Positions 58,679 through 64,000 of a stretch of DNA of 64,000 nt are shown piece by piece (within the stretch, counting starts at the first letter, position 1; each line of letters starts with the position of its first letter). The DNA is from an uncultured Verrucomicrobiae bacterium. Lineage in GTDB: Bacteria > Verrucomicrobiota > Verrucomicrobiia > Chthoniobacterales > UBA10450. The notes beneath the pieces were generated by a model. That model was given only the letters and a program-made list of their open reading frames with translations. It was not told the DNA's origin and did no database searches. The stretch spans positions 608,001-672,000 of the forward strand of contig CAVWPA010000001.1 of assembly GCA_963756875.1 (NCBI GenBank), given 5' to 3'. The translations under genes were made by a program, and so were the position numbers.

Positions 58679-61447
58679 CTATTGCGCTCCCTGCCCTAAC
58701 GCCGCGGCGTGCAGATGTTTCTGCAGGGCCACGATCCTGTTTGGGTCTGTGATCTTGTTCCGCGTGGCCCCGTCTATCACATAGAAAGTATCCGTAGCCG
58801 CGCCATTCTGCGTGCTGACACGCGAAAGCACGATGTAAACGCCATTTGCGCCAAGACTCGAGAGCAAGTCGTAAAGCAACCCAAGGCGATCGGGAGTTTG
58901 AATTTGGACCAGCGTGTAAGCCGGATGCGCTCTGTTGTCCACCGCGATAGTCGTTGGAAATTCCAGCCCCTGCAATGGCTGGCTGCGGATCTCTCGTCGC
59001 GCCGCCTCAATCAACGGATAAAAATCAAAATTCGATTCTTCCAGTGCCCGGCGCAGAGTATTTTCAACCAGCTCAAAATCTCGCTCGCTGGTCACGGCAT
59101 GCCCCTTTGTGTCGCAGACCCGGAAGAGATCGAGCACGGAATGATCGCCGCGCGTGAAAATGTCGGCGCTAAGGATGTTGAGCGGAACGACCGAAAACGA
59201 TCCGGCAATTTTTGCAAGCAACTGCTGCCGGTCCCATGTGCAGAAGGAAGCAATGGTGTGGCCCTGCTCCGGAAACGGTTCCCATTTGGTGACCGGAAGC
59301 AGCGGATGTTCGCTCTCGGTCGCATTCTCAATAAACAAACGAAACAGCTTTACATGTTTAACGACATCCGGGACGCGCGATGCGTGGAAATAATTGTCTG
59401 GCATGAAATCAAAGTGCGCTTCGATTTCACCCGCGTAGTCCGCCGGAAGTTGCGCTGCCACTGCGGCCCGCAAGGTATCGCGCTCAATCTTAATTTGCTC
59501 GTAATAGGCTTTTCGATCCCCCAGATAGCGGGAAGTGGCGTAGAAAAGCTGCCAGACCAGCGATTCTTTCCAGTCGGACCAGCTCTGGCCGCTCGTCCCC
59601 TGGCCATCCGCCAACGTGAGAAGAAGTAGAAAGTTTAGATTTTTCTGGTTTTTGATGATGCTTGCGAATTCTCCCACTGTCGCCGGATCGTCGATATTAC
59701 GCTGCTGGGCCATGCTCGAGAGCGTGACGTGGTGATCGACCAGCAGAACGAGCGACTTGCTTTGTTCGGACGAGAGTTGAAGCCGGCTGGCCACGCGTTG
59801 TGCGAAGAGAGCGCTCGCTTCCGAATGCGGCCGGGCGCCGACCGCTCGGCCCGTATCGTGAAGTAACAGCGCAAGATATAGCACAAGCGGATCCTCTACT
59901 TCTTCGAAAAGACGACGGTACCCGCTTAACTTGGCATCGTCGGTGCGAGCAAGGGCATCAAGTTTGTCGATACACAGCAGCGTATGCTCGTCGGCAGTAT
60001 AGCGATGGAAGAATTCGTGCTGAACAAGGCATGTTAGCTGGCCAAATTCCGGGATGTAACGGCCTAAAAAATCAACGCGGTGCATCATGCGAAGAACCCG
60101 GCCGACATCTCCTTTTCGCAACAGGATCGCCTTGAAGATTTCGCGCGGCTCCTTCGCGTACCGGTAGAAACGAGTGATCTGACCCAGATGCCGGCTCATC
60201 AAATCCATCAGTTCCGCGCTCAGATCTACCTCGCGTTCCTGTGCGATCTGAAACGCATGCATCATTTGCAACGGGCTCTCCTTAAAAAGGTCTCGCCGAT
60301 CGGTATGGAGTTGGCGGTCACGAATAAAAAAGGGTCCCACCCGTGTCCGGGCGGCGCTGCGTCGCAACGGCAGGAAACTAAAGAGCGAACGGGTGCGGCC
60401 GGTCGTGTACCCGCGGGCGAATTGGTCGGTGATTCGCTCGGTCACGCGGAAGATGTTTCGTGTGTGTTCGTAATAATCGCGCATCAGAGCTTCGCTTCGC
60501 AGCTGCCCGCCTTTTTTCGGGTAATTGAGACGCTGGGCAATCTGTTCCTGCATGTTCAGGTGTAAGACATCGGTTGCCCGGCCGGTCGCGTAATGGAGGT
60601 CAGTGCGGACGCGCAACAGAAAGTCGTACGCCCGCTCGATCCGCCGTTGATCCGATTCGCTTAACCAATCCTTGCCCACCAGGTGAGTGGTGGTGAGCGC
60701 GCCCTCTTTGAAATAAGACATCCAAAGCAGGTTCTGGTAGTCGCGTAAACCTCCGCATCCGTTCTTCAGATGCGGCTCCTGCATATAAACGCTGTCGCCG
60801 AATTTGCTGTGACGCGCCGCCTGGTCTCGCATCCGCATCTCCACGTATTCGCGTTCGAAGCCCTCGACACATTTGAGCCGAAATTGCTTGCGAAAATCGT
60901 CCGCCATCCCAGGCTCGCCCGCGATATGGCGCGACTCCAGCATCGCGGTTTTCGTTTGCATGTCGCGATTTGCCTGCGCGATGGCTTCCTTAATGGATCG
61001 TGTGGAGTGGCCTACCTTGAATCCGATGTCCCAAAGCAGATAGAGAATTTGTTCCGCCATTTCCTCGATGTAAGGCGAGATTTTCCCGCCGTTGCCGCCG
61101 TGCAGTAACATGAAATCCACATCGCTGAATGGATTGAGCTCGCCGCGGCCATAACCACCAAGCGCGATGAGCGTCAGCGGGGTTTCCGTTAGTCCCAGCG
61201 CTTGGCCCGTGGCGGCCGCCGCCGCGGCGAAAATATGACGCAGAAGAACATCAACCAGGTCCACCCGGCGCGCGCAAATTTCGCGGCCTCCTCCACCGGC
61301 CCGATGTTTCAAAAGCAAACGGTGCTCTTCGATCTTGAGGAATTTTTTGTAAATCGGCAGGACCTCGGTAGGTCGCTGCGCACCCGAGATCGAGAGTTGT
61401 TCTTCTGCGTGCGCCAGAACCTGTTCCAGATGTCGAGACTTCGGCAT
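58679..61447 (-). CDS. glnD: [Protein-PII] uridylyltransferase
   Basis: ALGGYGRGELNPFSDVD, EPHLKNGCGGLRD, HRYTADEH, LLHD and two ACT domains (DRQQL, DRLGLL). Confidence 0.95.
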   Translation of the reverse strand: MPKSRHLEQVLAHAEEQLSISGAQRPTEVLPIYKKFLKIEEHRLLLKHRAGGGGREICARRVDLVDVLLRHIFAAAAAATGQALGLTETPLTLIALGGYGRGELNPFSDVDFMLLHGGNGGKISPYIEEMAEQILYLLWDIGFKVGHSTRSIKEAIAQANRDMQTKTAMLESRHIAGEPGMADDFRKQFRLKCVEGFEREYVEMRMRDQAARHSKFGDSVYMQEPHLKNGCGGLRDYQNLLWMSYFKEGALTTTHLVGKDWLSESDQRRIERAYDFLLRVRTDLHYATGRATDVLHLNMQEQIAQRLNYPKKGGQLRSEALMRDYYEHTRNIFRVTERITDQFARGYTTGRTRSLFSFLPLRRSAARTRVGPFFIRDRQLHTDRRDLFKESPLQMMHAFQIAQEREVDLSAELMDLMSRHLGQITRFYRYAKEPREIFKAILLRKGDVGRVLRMMHRVDFLGRYIPEFGQLTCLVQHEFFHRYTADEHTLLCIDKLDALARTDDAKLSGYRRLFEEVEDPLVLYLALLLHDTGRAVGARPHSEASALFAQRVASRLQLSSEQSKSLVLLVDHHVTLSSMAQQRNIDDPATVGEFASIIKNQKNLNFLLLLTLADGQGTSGQSWSDWKESLVWQLFYATSRYLGDRKAYYEQIKIERDTLRAAVAAQLPADYAGEIEAHFDFMPDNYFHASRVPDVVKHVKLFRLFIENATESEHPLLPVTKWEPFPEQGHTIASFCTWDRQQLLAKIAGSFSVVPLNILSADIFTRGDHSVLDLFRVCDTKGHAVTSERDFELVENTLRRALEESNFDFYPLIEAARREIRSQPLQGLEFPTTIAVDNRAHPAYTLVQIQTPDRLGLLYDLLSSLGANGVYIVLSRVSTQNGAATDTFYVIDGATRNKITDPNRIVALQKHLHAAALGQGAQ

Positions 61448-61639
61448 TACGGATTACGGATTACGGATTGCACTGCCACCCAATCTAAAAGCGAAAACCC
61501 AAAATCCAAAATGGTACTCGGACCTCCGAATAACTTCTGTGCCCTCGGTGTCGCTCGGGAACGTTAGGGGAACGCACGCGCCTCGCGTGCGATGCCAGTC
61601 CGGATCGGACTTGCGACGCCATCGCCGCAATGCGAGGGG

Positions 61640-61789
61640 GTAGAGATCGATCGCGTAACGCTTCAACTTGTTATAAAGCGTTCGGCCGTCTCCGTGACGT
61701 AAACCATGCCTGCTCAAAAGCGCCTCGAGCGTCAGCAGAATGGGGCACTCATCGTCGATGATCAGGATCCGGTGATTCTCTTTCCTCAT
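61640..61789 (-). pseudogene. Internally deleted NtrC-family response regulator (receiver start fused to Fis-HTH end)
   Basis: MRKENHRILIIDDECPILLTLEALLSRHG joined within a few codons to RTLYNKLKRYAI. Confidence 0.7.
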
Positions 61790-62490
61790 GAGGAATGGCG
61801 TTCGTTAGACAACGGCAATGTCACCGTCGTAAGCAGCGCCGATGCCGCCGCGTCGTACTCAGCGTCCAATTTGCCTCCGTGCGCTTCGATGATCGCGCGT
61901 GCGCGGCTCAACCCGAGACCATAATGACCCTGGCTCACTTTGCGCAGCGGCTCGCGCCCCCAATTTTCCGTGCTCAAATCGAATCGCCTCTTTGGCTCGC
62001 GCAACGTGAATACAAGGCGGTCCTTGTCGATATGAGCTTTCACGGCTGGCGCCCCTTCACCCGGCTCGTGCTGAAACGCGTTTGCGAAAAGCTCCACGAA
62101 CGCTTGCAGCAACAGTTGCGGATCGATGTTCAAATCGGCGTCGCCGACTTGCATGTCCCAGGTGGTCGTCGCAGCCTCGCCGGCAAAATCATTTGTTACT
62201 CTATGTTTCAAATCGCCCAGGAAATCAGCCAAGTCATAGGAGATGAAAACAGGATTGACCTCGGCCAGCGCGCTGCTGAGACGTTGCAGGTTTGTGCCCA
62301 CTTGAGCGACCATCTCACGCAGTCGCTGGATTTCGCTTTTGAGCTCGGCATTCTCCGTGAGCTCACTGAGATAGGCGGATTGCAGTTCGACCGCGTTCAG
62401 ATTGTTTCGAAGATCGTGATTCAACTGCCGAACAAACCGAACCATGTCGCTCCAGGCAATATCTCGATTTTGCGAAGGCAATGTTGCCAT
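61786..62490 (-). CDS. Sensor-less histidine kinase-like protein (HisKA/HATPase)
   Basis: H-box NHDLRNNL, N-box ELFANA and G2 box GHYGLGL..IIEAHGG; G1 box degenerate. Confidence 0.8.
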   Translation of the reverse strand: MATLPSQNRDIAWSDMVRFVRQLNHDLRNNLNAVELQSAYLSELTENAELKSEIQRLREMVAQVGTNLQRLSSALAEVNPVFISYDLADFLGDLKHRVTNDFAGEAATTTWDMQVGDADLNIDPQLLLQAFVELFANAFQHEPGEGAPAVKAHIDKDRLVFTLREPKRRFDLSTENWGREPLRKVSQGHYGLGLSRARAIIEAHGGKLDAEYDAAASALLTTVTLPLSNERHSS

Positions 62491-62505
62491 ATTCAGGGGT
62501 AATTT

Positions 62506-64000
62506 CTATTGGTCTGCCAGCGAAAATCGATCTTCCACCGGCTGGTCGCCTGTAGACACCTCGACCCGCGGATCGTTGGCGGCCAGGTGGCGCAGCGTGT
62601 GAAACACATCTTCGGGATCGGCATCGATGGCGCGGGCGATTTCCTCCGCGGTCTGGCCGGCGCCGGACGAAAGTTTCTCGCGCACTCGTGCCTGGAGCTG
62701 CAACAGCTTTGTCGCCGCCTTTTTCCCGGCTTCCACTCCCGGTTGATGATACGCGTTGATATTCACCAGCGATCCATAAAAGCCGACTGCCCGTTCGTAC
62801 AGCGCGATTAACGCGCCGATGTTAAACGCATCGACCTCCGGAATGCCCACCGTGATCGATTCGCGTCCCTTTTCGTAAAGCGCCGCGCGCGTGCCACGTA
62901 AAAATCCGTGCAAATAATCGCCGCTGGTGACTCCTTTTTCCACTTCGAACCGGCCCGCGCTGCGGTCTTTGTTTACTTCGATGAAGGTCACAAAAAAATT
63001 GAGAACGCCATCGCGCAATTGTTGCACATAGGCGTGCTGGTCCGTTGAGCCTTTGTTGCCGTAAACAGCGATCCCCTGGTGCACAACCTTTCCGTCGAGA
63101 TCCTTTTCCTTGCCTAACGACTCCATAACGAGCTGCTGCAGGTATCTGCTGAACAACAGGAGCCGATCTTTATAAGGCAGGATCACCATGTCTTTTTCAC
63201 CCTTGCCGTTCCCGGCGTAAAACCACATCAACGCCAGCAGCATCGCTGCATTCTCCATCACATCGGTCGCGCGAGTGTGTTCATCCATCGCGGCCGCGCC
63301 GGCAAGAAAATTGTCGATCTCGAAACCTTGCAAGGCCATGGACACCAATCCAACGGGGCTCATCACCGACGTTCTGCCGCCTACCCAGTCGTGCATGGGA
63401 AAATGAGCCAGCCATCCATTTTTCTCCGCGTATTTGTCCAGGTCGCTTCCAACTCCCGTTACCGCAACGGCCTGTTTGGTAAAATCAATTCCCCTTTGTT
63501 TGAATCGCGCCGCCGCTTCCAGCATTCCATTGTGCGTCTCTTTGGTGCCCCCCGACTTCGAGATCACAACGACAAGTGTCTGGGCGAGCCCGTTCCCGAT
63601 CTTGTCGAAGACGCGATCGAATCCGTTGGGATCGGTATTGTCGAAGAAGTAAATATCCATCGGGTCGCCTGACGCTCCGAGCGCTTCGGAGACGAATTGC
63701 GGTCCCAGCGCCGAACCGCCAATTCCGATCGACAAAATGTGAGTAAATTTATTCCCGTCGGCTGCCGCGATCTTTCCTGCGTGCACGTCGGCCGCGAATT
63801 TCTTTATGCGCGCGTTGGTTTCTTCGATCTCGGCGCGCAATTGCGCATTCGGCGCAAGTGCCGGGTTGCGCAGCCAGTAATGACCAACCATTCGCTGTTC
63901 GTCCGGGTTGGCGATTGCGCCGGCCTCCAGTTCCCGCATCGCCGCGAATGCCTTCTCGATCTTTGGCCGCATTGTTTCGAAGAAATCGTCCGGAAATTTC
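62506..64000 (-). CDS. pgi: Glucose-6-phosphate isomerase (5' end outside window)
   Basis: [36 protein letters not shown] and QPGVEAGK motifs. Confidence 0.96.
   Translation of the reverse strand, partial: KFPDDFFETMRPKIEKAFAAMRELEAGAIANPDEQRMVGHYWLRNPALAPNAQLRAEIEETNARIKKFAADVHAGKIAAADGNKFTHILSIGIGGSALGPQFVSEALGASGDPMDIYFFDNTDPNGFDRVFDKIGNGLAQTLVVVISKSGGTKETHNGMLEAAARFKQRGIDFTKQAVAVTGVGSDLDKYAEKNGWLAHFPMHDWVGGRTSVMSPVGLVSMALQGFEIDNFLAGAAAMDEHTRATDVMENAAMLLALMWFYAGNGKGEKDMVILPYKDRLLLFSRYLQQLVMESLGKEKDLDGKVVHQGIAVYGNKGSTDQHAYVQQLRDGVLNFFVTFIEVNKDRSAGRFEVEKGVTSGDYLHGFLRGTRAALYEKGRESITVGIPEVDAFNIGALIALYERAVGFYGSLVNINAYHQPGVEAGKKAATKLLQLQARVREKLSSGAGQTAEEIARAIDADPEDVFHTLRHLAANDPRVEVSTGDQPVEDRFSLADQ

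Overview
Bacterial chromosomal window, probably Verrucomicrobiota (Chthoniobacterales-like); this is an inference from gene content (no rpmD in the spc block, futalosine genes, DUF5069, extended S11). It starts in the spc/alpha ribosomal protein cluster (rplF to rpsD) and continues through mostly housekeeping and envelope genes: trpF, an orphan secretin, an ECF sigma factor, mqnE/mqnA, ABC transporters, purB, queG, aroK, murJ, gdhA, fahA, tRNA-Ile2, bactofilins, glnD and pgi. The standout is a roughly 8-kb minus-strand locus at 40.4-48.3 kb that looks like an undescribed secreted-peptide system. It encodes a parvulin-like protein, a C39 peptidase-ABC exporter with two cNMP-binding domains, HlyD, a sensor-less sigma54 activator, and two short precursors. 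Each precursor has a basic double-glycine leader and a core of (LGGG-xxx) heptad repeats. Cleavage after the GG would expose Gly-Gly-His and Gly-Gln-His, which are ATCUN Cu/Ni-binding N-termini. Each precursor has its own identically spaced sigma54 promoter, IHF site and twin enhancer, plus co-varying 3' hairpins. Also present: a GIY-YIG gene between direct repeats behind the tRNA, an IS110 remnant, an internally deleted NtrC-type gene, REP-like repeats, and a dense cluster of frameshifts (24.8-29.6 kb) that may be assembly errors. All calls come from reading motifs; no database searches were run.
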